Shown: positions 54,287-63,815 of the stretch, one piece after another
Layout of the letters: every line of letters starts with the position of its first letter
Position numbering within the stretch: the first letter of the stretch is position 1
NCBI GenBank assembly: GCA_963841015.1
Contig: CAWJAX010000004.1
Span: 32,001 to 96,000 of the forward strand
DNA: 64,000 nt
Source: an uncultured Methanoregulaceae archaeon
GTDB taxonomy: Archaea; Halobacteriota; Methanomicrobia; Methanomicrobiales; Methanospirillaceae
Direction: 5' to 3'
The notes under the pieces: model-generated
Databases searched by the model: none
The model's input: only the letters and a program-made list of their open reading frames with translations
What the model was told of the DNA's origin: nothing
Translations under genes and position numbers: made by a program

Positions 54287-54667
54287 CTATATCTTGTTTG
54301 TCCAGAGTCCGTGGACATTACAGTATGCCCGTGCTTTTACACTGGTATCAGCAATACAGAACTCCGTTTCGGGAGTTTCCCCGGGTTTGAAACCCCTGAC
54401 ATATACATTCTCGCCGGTCCTTACCTCAACCCACTCGATATAGTGCTTCTCCTCCATGGGGTGGGGAACGGAGCCGATTTTGACCCTGATTCCTTTTTCG
54501 GATTTCTCAACTACCGGGACATGTTTTTCCTTACCCGCATCAGCCGTCTTTTCCTGTTGCAGGATCATGGGTTTGCCGCAACAGACAAGGAGCCCGGCAG
54601 AATTATGTACCACTTTTGTTATATTCCCGCACACTTCACATTTATACACTTCAAACATTTTCGTCAT
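54287..54667 (-). CDS. dfx: Desulfoferrodoxin (2Fe superoxide reductase)
   Basis: YKCEVCGN..LVCCG, EKHVP, PHPM..HYI, CNVHGLW. Confidence 0.93.
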   Translation of the reverse strand: MTKMFEVYKCEVCGNITKVVHNSAGLLVCCGKPMILQQEKTADAGKEKHVPVVEKSEKGIRVKIGSVPHPMEEKHYIEWVEVRTGENVYVRGFKPGETPETEFCIADTSVKARAYCNVHGLWTNKI

Positions 54668-54683
54668 ACCAAAACCTCCTTTC

Positions 54684-55868
54684 CTATACGATATTACTTT
54701 CCCGGTGCTTCTTTAAGATATCGTCCGCCAGCCGGTTGAGTGCCTGAAATGTCGTTTCATCCGGGAGACCCTTTACCATGACAGGTTCGAGGATCTCAAC
54801 TTTAACATGGTCAAGCATTTTTACGATAGTTTCAACCGTCTTCCCCCCCCAGCCAAAGGATCCGATCACCGATGCAAACCGGACTTTGGGTTTGAGCAGG
54901 TTTGCAAGATAGGTGGCATATACGACCTGTGGGTGGGGACCGAAAAGCACCGTGGGGGTTGCAATAACCACGGTTGCTGAATCCACAAGGGACTTTGCAA
55001 GCTCCCCGATATCAGTCCGTGTCAGGTTGAAGGGTTTTACGGTGACCCCTCTTGCGATTAGTGCATCGGTGAGATGTTCCACCATTTTCTGCGTACTTCC
55101 ATGCATCGAGACATACGCTATTACGACTTCATTTTTAACCGCGTCTGATACCCAGTCAGCGTATGCATCAAGAATGAACTGCGGTCTCCGGTAGATTGGC
55201 CCATGGCTGGGCGCGATCATTGCAAGCGGGAGTGCCTTTACCATCTCAACGTACCCTTTGATACTGTTGCGGAACGGCATCATAATCTCGGCATAATATC
55301 TCTTTGCGGACGGGTAAATCTCAGCTTCGTCAGTCACATAGAGGTCGCTTTTTCCCGTGTGGGACCCGAAGAGATCGCAGGGAAAGAGGATCCTGTCCTC
55401 ACGCAGGTAGGTGATCTGGGTCTCAGGCCAGTGTGTCCACGGGGTAAGGAAAAATTCGAGGGTACGATCGCCAAGAGACAGGGTTTCTTTGTCTTTGATT
55501 ATCCTGAAACGGTTTGCCGGCAGGTGAAGATGTGTGATAAGAAGGTCTTTGCACTTCTCGTTTGTCACAACAAGCGCGTCGGGGAAAAATTCCATAATCA
55601 TCGGCAGGGAACCCGAATGATCCTGTTCGGCATGGTTGACAACTACATAATCAATACGGTCGACATTCAGCTTGACAAGGTTTGAGATCAGTTCGTATTC
55701 CTTGGTGGGATCGACCGTGTCAATCAGTGCTGTCTTCTCACTGCCCTGGATAAGATACGAATTGTAACTCGTACCATCCGGGAGCGGAATCAGCTCGTCA
55801 AAGATCCTCCGGTCAAAATCAATCGCCCCCACCCAGTGGATCCCATGAATAATTTCTCGTGATACCAT
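54684..55868 (-). CDS. fprA: Flavodiiron protein (FprA)
   Basis: GTSYNSYL, NHAEQDHSG, HWPE, PSHG, SMHGST, GSFGWGG. Confidence 0.93.
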   Translation of the reverse strand: MVSREIIHGIHWVGAIDFDRRIFDELIPLPDGTSYNSYLIQGSEKTALIDTVDPTKEYELISNLVKLNVDRIDYVVVNHAEQDHSGSLPMIMEFFPDALVVTNEKCKDLLITHLHLPANRFRIIKDKETLSLGDRTLEFFLTPWTHWPETQITYLREDRILFPCDLFGSHTGKSDLYVTDEAEIYPSAKRYYAEIMMPFRNSIKGYVEMVKALPLAMIAPSHGPIYRRPQFILDAYADWVSDAVKNEVVIAYVSMHGSTQKMVEHLTDALIARGVTVKPFNLTRTDIGELAKSLVDSATVVIATPTVLFGPHPQVVYATYLANLLKPKVRFASVIGSFGWGGKTVETIVKMLDHVKVEILEPVMVKGLPDETTFQALNRLADDILKKHRESNIV

Positions 55869-55880
55869 ACTATCAGCCGG

Positions 55881-56039
55881 TTACTCCTTCGTGAAATTTT
55901 TCTTTGATGCGCCACAGATAGGACACTGCCAGTCGTCAGGCAGGTCTGAAAATTCCCTGCCGGGGGATATGTGCTGTATCGGCTCACCCTTGTTCGGGTC
56001 GTAAATATGACCACAGATAGCACAGGTATATTTTTCCAT
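55881..56039 (-). CDS. Rubredoxin
   Basis: MEKYTCAICGHIYDP...LPDDWQCPICG. Confidence 0.93.
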   Translation of the reverse strand: MEKYTCAICGHIYDPNKGEPIQHISPGREFSDLPDDWQCPICGASKKNFTKE

Positions 56040-56144
56040 CAAATGAAAAGCCTCCGAGTGTTTTTTGGACCGGTACAGAATTACGTGGATATTTGCATTA
56101 ATCATTTCGATGCTGCACCACTCCTGTGAAAAACAAAAAGGAAT

Positions 56145-56696
56145 TTATTGAATCACATGATCTCCCGCAGGATCTGCCAGATGATACCGTTCAATAAAAA
56201 ACCTGAATGAATGGTTTTTCTTTCTCGCTGAATCTATGGAGAAGTACTTGAGGATTTCAAACATAAAATCGATACGGGAATCATACTTTTTCGGAATAAG
56301 ACCATTAAAATCCTCCTTGATGAGATCATCGGTGAAAGGGAGGTCAGGAACATCAAGGCTCAGGGCAGATTCATGCGTTAGCCCGGCATAGTACCAGCTT
56401 TCAATCTCCTTAATCACCACGATGATGCTTCCTCCGTCAATGTGACTGAAGTGGGAGTGGAGAACCTGTTTTTTGTCCCGCACAGAATTTTCTGCGTCAA
56501 TATCTGCAACAAAAATATAGTCGTTATTCATGAGCCTGATGCTCTTTAAAAAATTATCCACTTTTGTGCGTTTGATACTTGCATAGGGGATAATCTCCAC
56601 TGCATCATAACGGTTGATCAATAATGGTTTGATAATGCGCCCGAAAAAACGGACATCATCTTCGCCTTCAACCAGGATAAAAATGCGGGTTTTCAT
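56145..56696 (-). CDS. TOPRIM-like putative nuclease, partner of the upstream ATPase
   Basis: ILVEGEDD, FVADID, EIESW. Confidence 0.65.
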   Translation of the reverse strand: MKTRIFILVEGEDDVRFFGRIIKPLLINRYDAVEIIPYASIKRTKVDNFLKSIRLMNNDYIFVADIDAENSVRDKKQVLHSHFSHIDGGSIIVVIKEIESWYYAGLTHESALSLDVPDLPFTDDLIKEDFNGLIPKKYDSRIDFMFEILKYFSIDSARKKNHSFRFFIERYHLADPAGDHVIQ

Positions 56697-56698
56697 AC

Positions 56699-57964
56699 TT
56701 ACATTCCCAACAGGTTCTGGACGTAAAGTTCCTCAATGCCGATCTCATTTTCCAGAAATAACCGCACCTCTTCCTTGTCAGCGGGCCGGGAAAGAACAGA
56801 GAATCCTTCCACGTCCCGTGAAACAAGAAGAAGATGCTCTAAAGAGGCATGTTTTACTACTTCGGTGGTATGGGTTGTAATCATAACCTGCTTTCTTTTC
56901 GAGGACTCTTTCATCATGGAAATAACCCGTGCAACCAGAAACGGGTGGATATGGCTTACTGGTTCCTCGATGATGATTAAGGGCTTTTTTTCGAAATAGA
57001 GCGCAATGATGAGGGCAAATATTGTCAATGTTCCGTCAGAAAGCGAGGGTGAAGGGAGGTTGTGCCCTTTTGAATATTTTTCGCGGAGCGTGAGTACCAG
57101 CGAAATGTCCATGAATTTTTCGACCGAAAAATCTTCTATAAAGGGAAGTACATCCCGTAAAAGGTTTGAGAATTTCCGCTTTTTTTCCGGGTCCCCGATA
57201 ATATTTTTCAGGACGAGTACAAGGTTCCCGGCATCCTCTTCAAGTTCCCTTTTACCGGTTATTGCAACTCCTTTTTTCATGAGTTTTGGGTCGATATCAT
57301 AGACAGCAATGCGATCAAAGAATTTTTCCCCGTGGGATAAAGGATATGCGTACGGAGTTTCCAGAAGGAGTGTTTTTTCAGGCAGGTGTTTCCCCCTGAA
57401 ACAGAGAGGGATAACGTCCTGTTCGGAAAGCGGGCAGCCTTCCGGCAGATCGACTTCATAGGTGATTTTTCCGGCATCATTGGTCACCCGTATCTCACCA
57501 TGTCCGATGTTCTTTTTTTCGTTGTTATGGTCATTTTTATGTCTGCATGAAAAAACCTCACATCCAAGAATGATCCTGTCCTTTATGATGGAAAATCCGT
57601 CACCCCTGGAAGCAAACCTGAGAGCGAACTCATAGGAAGACAGGCACGATTGTATGACGAGGAGCGGGGCATCCTTATCCTGACGCTCAAGAATCTCTGA
57701 CTTTTGATCGGGCACATAAACAACCTTAATCTGAAGGTCTTTTAATGGGCCGATCTTTGTATTCTGGATATATTCTGACCCACCCTGCATTGCGATCGCA
57801 TTGACAACCCCGTGTTTTGCGATATCCCGCAGGAATTTGAATATGTTGATGAAATTGGACTTTCCTGCGGCATTAGAACCGATCACTACATTGAACCGTG
57901 ACAACTCGATATCAAGTTCAGAAAAACTCTTGAAATTTTCCACGTGAATACGCTGAATTGGCAT
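56699..57964 (-). CDS. ABC-type (AAA_21-like) ATPase
   Basis: VENFKSF, GSNAAGKS, LSDG, IIIEEP..HIHP, ITTH; start set at MPIQRI (57964). Confidence 0.85.
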   Translation of the reverse strand: MPIQRIHVENFKSFSELDIELSRFNVVIGSNAAGKSNFINIFKFLRDIAKHGVVNAIAMQGGSEYIQNTKIGPLKDLQIKVVYVPDQKSEILERQDKDAPLLVIQSCLSSYEFALRFASRGDGFSIIKDRIILGCEVFSCRHKNDHNNEKKNIGHGEIRVTNDAGKITYEVDLPEGCPLSEQDVIPLCFRGKHLPEKTLLLETPYAYPLSHGEKFFDRIAVYDIDPKLMKKGVAITGKRELEEDAGNLVLVLKNIIGDPEKKRKFSNLLRDVLPFIEDFSVEKFMDISLVLTLREKYSKGHNLPSPSLSDGTLTIFALIIALYFEKKPLIIIEEPVSHIHPFLVARVISMMKESSKRKQVMITTHTTEVVKHASLEHLLLVSRDVEGFSVLSRPADKEEVRLFLENEIGIEELYVQNLLGM

Positions 57965-58038
57965 GGGAACTCCGCATGTCATCGTCACCTTTGAACAAAA
58001 AGAAGATATTGGTCTTTGGATTGCGAAAAGATTTTTCA

Positions 58039-58348
58039 GATCTGTTGAGTCCTTTTCCATTGTTATGAAATTCAAGATGCTGATACGATCAAGGAGGGGA
58101 CAGTGCCTGTCCCCCCATACCGCCCCTGCGCTGAGCGATGATGACGTAGCACCGGTTCGGGGGTTATCGCATCGGGGGAGCCGCAGCGGCGGGGGTGAAA
58201 CCCCCATGAGCGTTTATCTTGTAATTGAGCATTTCCCATGAAAATCAACCAAGTTAAATTTATCATTCATACCAAAATAAAAACAGGGTATTCGATTTTC
58301 ATGATTTGTGTGTGAACCCGATCAGTTCATGCTCGTTTCTACAGAGTC
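58039..58348 (+). mobile_element. MITE-like repeat copy D (core to 58243) plus tail module
   Basis: Conserved core ending TTTCCCATGAAA, then tail TCATGCTCGTTTCTACAGAGTC. Confidence 0.8.
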
Positions 58349-58356
58349 GATTTTTT

Positions 58357-58857
58357 TTAAAATGAAATCCCGAAGAGAGCTGGATTCAGTACCAGAATTG
58401 CATAGTTGAGATACCCTGCAAAGGAGACCCAGACAAAATAAGGTATGAGCAACACTGCAGCAGGAATGGAAAAACGCCATACCTGGATGATAGTACAGAG
58501 CAGAACTGCCCAGAGCAGCACGATAGCCAGGAAGCCAAAAAACGTTGAATGGAGACCAAAAAAGAAAAAAGACCATCCGATGTTCACCATAAGCTGGAAA
58601 ATAAAAAGGATAAGACCAAATTGAACATCCTGTATCTTTAAATCCGACTGCAGGATCAGGAAAAGAGAAATTCCCATCAGGATATAGAGTGCAGTCCAGA
58701 CGGGAGCAAAAACCCATGAAGGGGGAGTGATATCAGGTTTTTGCAGGCCGGCATACCAGGTTGGAATCGCAGGAGTTGTGTAATAAGAACCGACATACCC
58801 TGCCAGCAGGCAGATACCAACGGCAAATATGAGCGTGAGGATCTTTTTTCCCGTCAT
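58357..58857 (-). CDS. tspO: TspO/MBR tryptophan-rich sensory protein
   Basis: WYAGLQKP..PP.WVFAPVW..LY, N..WS..FF, LLIPY..W..FA..LN. Confidence 0.92.
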   Translation of the reverse strand: MTGKKILTLIFAVGICLLAGYVGSYYTTPAIPTWYAGLQKPDITPPSWVFAPVWTALYILMGISLFLILQSDLKIQDVQFGLILFIFQLMVNIGWSFFFFGLHSTFFGFLAIVLLWAVLLCTIIQVWRFSIPAAVLLIPYFVWVSFAGYLNYAILVLNPALFGISF

Positions 58858-58937
58858 TCCTGTCCGGGGTAGTATTTGAAAAGAGGGCATAAAAGATTAT
58901 TGGATGGAAAAAGTTTGAGTATAATAATAAAATAATT

Positions 58938-59129
58938 GGCTCTGGAGAATTCCTTTCCTTTACTATGAAATTCAAGATGCTGGCACGAATGAAGGAGGGG
59001 ATAGTGCCTGTCTTCCCATATCTCCCCTGCACTGAGTGAGAATGGTGTAGCACCTGTCCGGGGGTTATCGCATCGGGGGAGTCACAGCGAGGGGAAACAC
59101 CCCTTGTAATCGAGCATGTTTACAGAGTC
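58938..59129 (+). mobile_element. MITE-like repeat copy E
   Basis: GGCTCTGGAGAA ... GTTTACAGAGTC terminal inverted repeat; conserved core. Confidence 0.8.
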
Positions 59130-59213
59130 AAAATATAACATCATTGTTACTGATGAATTACCAGGAGATTGGTATTTTTCTTAAAAAAAACAGGGGGGAG
59201 AAGAGACCCTTGT

Positions 59214-60191
59214 TCAGGTTGAATTTGTAACACGGAATTTTTGGTTCCAGGTCGCCTTCTGCTGGCCGTCTATGTTAAGAACCGTTACATCCCAGTCACC
59301 GGCAACCGCACCTTTGAGATCGAGATTGCAGAGAATTTTTGTCGAATCCGTAGATACCGGGCTGGTACAGACAATTTCAGTCGAGCTTTTCATGATGGTG
59401 ACTTTCACCCCTTCTTTGAAGTTCTGGCCATTAATTATTAAAGACAGGACACTGTTTATTGCACCCTGACCCGGACTGACACCCGAAATGACCGGGATTG
59501 GATCAGTGATGGTAAATGCACCTATCTTGGTATCAGACTGGCCATCAGGATTTGTTACAACCAGGTTATAACTCCCTTTTTCCGCTTTGAAGAGACTGAA
59601 AGCACAGTCAATAGTTGTCGCAGAAGATACTGATACACCGGTTGCATACACCGGCATGTATCCGGCTCGCATCAGCTTTGCGGTTGCTCCACTCCGGAAG
59701 TTATCCCCGGTAATCGTTGCACTCACGGTCGCATTCGTGCCTCCTGTGGCTGGGGAAATACCGGATATGCCGGGTGCATTTCCGGAAAGCGCTGTGGTAA
59801 CAGTAGGGGGAACGGTTGGGGTGATAATAGGGATAGCAGCAACAGTCACGTGGGATATTTTTACCGGATAGACTTTCTCAACAAGGGTTCTTTCAGCCTT
59901 TTCAGTGCGGTTATTGATAAAATACCCCCAGGATCCATTCGCATTTTTATAGAGTAATTGTCGCGTGTACTGATCGGTCGAAATGTCGAACTTGAGTATG
60001 ACATAAGCTGAATTTTCCGTTGCAGATGTGGTTTTTCCAATAATATCCCCTGAAACGTATTTTGCATTTGATACAGCAGTAGTTGGGAGGGTTGTTGTAT
60101 CGGCGGGAGATTGATCCGAACACCCCGCAATGAACACTCCGGAAATCAGGAAAAGACTGATAAGAATACCATAGCAAAATTTTTTCGTCAT
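59214..60191 (-). CDS. Lipoprotein with two IPT/TIG domains
   Basis: Lipobox IAGC, Thr/Pro linkers, two P.I.GISP..G.NF..V.V.N.DGQ repeats. Confidence 0.8.
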   Translation of the reverse strand: MTKKFCYGILISLFLISGVFIAGCSDQSPADTTTLPTTAVSNAKYVSGDIIGKTTSATENSAYVILKFDISTDQYTRQLLYKNANGSWGYFINNRTEKAERTLVEKVYPVKISHVTVAAIPIITPTVPPTVTTALSGNAPGISGISPATGGTNATVSATITGDNFRSGATAKLMRAGYMPVYATGVSVSSATTIDCAFSLFKAEKGSYNLVVTNPDGQSDTKIGAFTITDPIPVISGVSPGQGAINSVLSLIINGQNFKEGVKVTIMKSSTEIVCTSPVSTDSTKILCNLDLKGAVAGDWDVTVLNIDGQQKATWNQKFRVTNST

Positions 60192-60374
60192 ACTGGTATC
60201 CTTCAACGCAGGACAGTATAAGATTTTTTATCGGAATTTTTTTAAGATTCATGACGCGTCTATTTTTCAAGATAGTCCGGGAAAATTCAGATCTGACACG
60301 AATCCGGGACCAGCCCCCCCTTTGTCAGTGGGATCAGAGTATTGGACCAGGAGTCTCGGACAATAATGTTCCCG

Positions 60375-61178
60375 TCACGTTGCCGGAATCTTTAAGGTCA
60401 TATAATTTCGTGCAAGATACAGGTGGATACCCATCAAAGCACAGACGGTGAGAACCGCACTCATCCAGACTAAGGGGACAGTATTCTGCACATAAAACGG
60501 GTTGATACGATCTGCCACAGCAAAAACACTGCACACGGCTACGACAACCGTGGTTGCGTATACTTCTCGAACGGCAAAGAAAAAAAATGCCGCAATAATC
60601 CCGATACTGACAGATGAGATAAGCGCATCCTGCTGCATGACGGCGGGAAAGTAGGCAAATGTCGTCATGCCAAACAGCACTGCAGTTACCATGATACCGA
60701 CAGAAATAGAAATAATTGCCCCTCCACTGCGGACTAAAGCCTGCACGTGAGTCCCCATAAGCACCCAGCACACCATCACTGAAGCGATGGCACCGGGTAG
60801 AAGAAGAATAAAGGCGTTTAAAAACGCGAGCCGGTCAGTCCCGAACGGATTGAAAAGGATGACGGTGATGTAGCCGATGCCGCAGGTAAGGGCACAGGCA
60901 AGGAAGGTGTATCGTACTGACCGGAATCCGATATGGAACATGTTGACAGCACCTGAAATAAAGGTGGTCCGGATATAGAGCAGCGGTGCACCAATACCGG
61001 TAATGATGCATGCAACGATTGTGTACAGGAAGATTCCGGAGGGGTCAGGACGCTCAAAAGTGTGTATACTTCCTGTAAGCAGGAAGGTCTCAAGCAACCA
61101 GGCTGCATAGATCGCAAAGGGAATTACGAGCAACCGTAGTGTTGCAGAACGCACTCCAGGAGATTGTTGCCCGGTCAT
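60375..61178 (-). CDS. Multi-pass membrane protein
   Basis: About 8 hydrophobic segments; fills the gap between recognised genes. Confidence 0.65.
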   Translation of the reverse strand: MTGQQSPGVRSATLRLLVIPFAIYAAWLLETFLLTGSIHTFERPDPSGIFLYTIVACIITGIGAPLLYIRTTFISGAVNMFHIGFRSVRYTFLACALTCGIGYITVILFNPFGTDRLAFLNAFILLLPGAIASVMVCWVLMGTHVQALVRSGGAIISISVGIMVTAVLFGMTTFAYFPAVMQQDALISSVSIGIIAAFFFFAVREVYATTVVVAVCSVFAVADRINPFYVQNTVPLVWMSAVLTVCALMGIHLYLARNYMTLKIPAT

Positions 61179-61314
61179 GTTAAAAACACCCCGGGGGAAA
61201 TTCCCATTCCTTGCAGGTTGTTATCATAGGAGGTACCCCATAGAGTCACGTTACTGGAAAGAGTTTGTCTGTTATTTCACCATTCATCGCTATCGTGTGT
61301 CTGGGAGTGCCTCA

Positions 61315-62166
61315 TCATGCTCTCATCAGAAGGAGCTCATCGATAGCCCGTTTTCGGTCTTTTGTTGCATTCTCATGTACGGCTATTTTGTCATTAAAAC
61401 TTGGCAGGGACCGGGTAAAAAACGTTCCAAGAGCGATCCGTGTGTCGCTGTTATAGTCCCATTCCCTGGCTTTTATGCACGCGGATTCAAAGTCTGTCGG
61501 GTCATGTCCGGATAGTTCGTATACCCGCGGGGAGTAGTAATCTGCAGCTGGAAAGAAGGTGGCACAAATCTGGAGAACGTCGATAAACGAGAACCCCTTG
61601 TGCGCTATGCCCTCAAGGACGAGCTTCTTTAAAAGATCCATCTTCTTTGTATACCCCCGTGCGACCCGGGTTGCGCCGCTTGCAAGCATCAGCTCGAGGG
61701 GATTGACAGGATATTCTGCAGTACCTGAAGGGGTGGATTTTCCTTTGAAACCAAGGGGTGAGGTTGGAGTATATTGCCCGGTGGTAAGTCCGTACACCCG
61801 GTTGTTATGGATGATCACCGTGATGTCAATATTGCGTTTGGCTGCAAAGATGAGATGATCAAGCCCTTCGGCATAGGAGTCGCCGTCACCTGTACAGCAG
61901 ATAACGGTCAGCCGGGGGTTGCCAAGTTTGATACCGGTCGCTGCCGGGATCGCCCGCCCGTGCAGTGCGTAAAAACTATTGATATTGAGATAATCAGCGA
62001 TTTTTGCATGACACCCTATGCCGGATACCAGCACTACATCGTCAAGCGACTTCCCTGCCTGCTCCATCTCCATGAGAACATTTTTCAGGGTGTGCTGGAT
62101 AGAGAAATTCCCGCAACCCGGGCACCATGTATTCTGTGCATCGGTTATAATCTGGCGTCCCGTCAT
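61315..62166 (-). CDS. 2-oxoacid:ferredoxin oxidoreductase beta subunit
   Basis: WCPGCG, SGIGC, LHGR, GDGD..NN (TPP), YGLTTGQ. Confidence 0.92.
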   Translation of the reverse strand: MTGRQIITDAQNTWCPGCGNFSIQHTLKNVLMEMEQAGKSLDDVVLVSGIGCHAKIADYLNINSFYALHGRAIPAATGIKLGNPRLTVICCTGDGDSYAEGLDHLIFAAKRNIDITVIIHNNRVYGLTTGQYTPTSPLGFKGKSTPSGTAEYPVNPLELMLASGATRVARGYTKKMDLLKKLVLEGIAHKGFSFIDVLQICATFFPAADYYSPRVYELSGHDPTDFESACIKAREWDYNSDTRIALGTFFTRSLPSFNDKIAVHENATKDRKRAIDELLLMRA

Positions 62167-63815
62167 ACCGTTACCTCCTTTATCTTTACGAGCAGTTCAT
62201 CAGGAGAGAAGGGGCGCCCGTCATACTGCAGGATCCTTTCGTCGGCAACGATCCCGTACTGCCCTGCAAGCGTGGCAAGTTGTGCTGTTGCATTCTCCTC
62301 GACTGCAATCAGTTTCCTGACACCGTGGATCGCATTTTTCAGTTGAATCTCAGGGAACGGAGAGAGGATTATCGGCTGGATCACCCGCAGTCCAAGGAGA
62401 GATGCGATTTCATTACACACACCTTTTGTGGATCCCCAGCAGAGAAGTGCCGTGGAAGCGTCAGAAACTCCGGACAGCATGACACCCGGATAGTGTTGCA
62501 TCTCCTCTGCCAGGCCTTCCCACTTGCGCAGACGTTTTTTTGTCATCTGAACAACAACATCAGCCCTTTCGCTCGTGATACCTGCCGTATCATGCGCATA
62601 GCTGTTCACCTTGATTACTGCATCTTTCATTCCCGGAATGGCAAGGGGTGAAACACCGGACTGTGTATCTGCGTATCGGAGATAGGGCATACTCCCTGAC
62701 CATGCGGGGGAGTCCTCTCTTGGGACATCTGAAATTGCAGCAGGATCGACACTATAGGTTCCCTCAGAAAGGGTTTTATCGGTAAGGATGAATGCAGGAA
62801 CCTGAAATTTCCATGCTATATTCATAGCGATTTCTGACCAGAACAGAGATTCCTGTGCATCCCCCGGAGCAACAATCAACCGGGGGTATTCTCCCTGTCC
62901 GGCGTGGAGGACAAAAGCGAGCTCGGACTGACCGGTATAGGTAGGGAGCCCGGTTGAAGGCCCGGTCCGCTGGGACACCACGAGCACAAGGGGTATCTCT
63001 GCCATTCCGGCAAGGGAAAGTCCTTCGGTCATCAGGCAGAACCCGCCTCCTGATGTGCCCACTGCGGATCGTTTGCCGGCATAGGAAAACCCGAGTGCCA
63101 TCAGGATTACCGCAATTTCGTTCTCGGGATGCACGACCGTAATGCCAAACCTTTCCTGGTGTTCTGCGAGAAAATGGAGGAGGCTTGATGAGGGTGTCAT
63201 GGGATACGAGACATAGGCGTCAAGTCCTCCTTTTACCATACCCAGGCCTATCGCTTCGTTGCCGGTGAGAAGGGGGCGGGGCGGCTGTATCCCTTTCCGC
63301 ACCAGGTGTCCTTTTTCAACCTGATCATATGCCCTCTTTGCTACTGTCAGGTTAAGGTCAACTTCTTTGGGGATATGGGCTTTAAATACCGCTTCAACAA
63401 CATCCCAATCAATTCCAGCCGCTTTTGCAAATCCACCGATAATTGCCGAATTTCCCATGATTGCCGGGGCTTTTTCCCTGGTCAGAATTGCCTGTACCGG
63501 AATACCCTGACCAGCAGATTTCACCAGATCTGCGTTGTATATGATGGCAGTTTCAGGTGTACATCTGTCACGATGCTGCTCTATTGTTTCATTGTTGAGT
63601 GCCAGGATAAAATCCAGGCTGTTCCAACAGGTCCCGACATTCTGTTCTGAACCCCGGATAATCGCAAAATTATGCCCCCCTCGTATCAGGGAAGGGTAAT
63701 CAAAGTACAGGTAAATACAATAACCACTCTGATTGAGCAACTGGGCAACCAATGCACCTGCACTGTTGATACCATCACCCGCTTTCCCTCCGATCAGCAC
63801 TGAAATGTCTTTCAT
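62163..63815 (-). CDS. 2-oxoacid:ferredoxin oxidoreductase alpha subunit (gamma-alpha fusion)
   Basis: GGKAGDG, SLIRGGH, GNEA, YPMTPSS, ENEIA, QRTGPSTGLPT. Confidence 0.92.
   Translation of the reverse strand: MKDISVLIGGKAGDGINSAGALVAQLLNQSGYCIYLYFDYPSLIRGGHNFAIIRGSEQNVGTCWNSLDFILALNNETIEQHRDRCTPETAIIYNADLVKSAGQGIPVQAILTREKAPAIMGNSAIIGGFAKAAGIDWDVVEAVFKAHIPKEVDLNLTVAKRAYDQVEKGHLVRKGIQPPRPLLTGNEAIGLGMVKGGLDAYVSYPMTPSSSLLHFLAEHQERFGITVVHPENEIAVILMALGFSYAGKRSAVGTSGGGFCLMTEGLSLAGMAEIPLVLVVSQRTGPSTGLPTYTGQSELAFVLHAGQGEYPRLIVAPGDAQESLFWSEIAMNIAWKFQVPAFILTDKTLSEGTYSVDPAAISDVPREDSPAWSGSMPYLRYADTQSGVSPLAIPGMKDAVIKVNSYAHDTAGITSERADVVVQMTKKRLRKWEGLAEEMQHYPGVMLSGVSDASTALLCWGSTKGVCNEIASLLGLRVIQPIILSPFPEIQLKNAIHGVRKLIAVEENATAQLATLAGQYGIVADERILQYDGRPFSPDELLVKIKEVTV

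Noticed and set aside
58131-58144. CTGA-GCG-ATGATGA in the repeat as a C/D-box or hammerhead motif
   Set aside because: Present in A, B and D but lost in C and E; no full C/D layout and no CUGANGA/GAAA core.
57965-58207. 81 aa N-terminal extension of the ATPase ORF, and the related ORFs 25848-26276, 40965-41192, 52313-52678, 58072-58266 and 58733-59053
   Set aside because: These are translations of the repeat element. The frames differ between copies and are not conserved.
25977-59129. Repeat family as a CRISPR array
   Set aside because: Copies are ~200 bp and dispersed, with no repeat-spacer periodicity and no cas genes.
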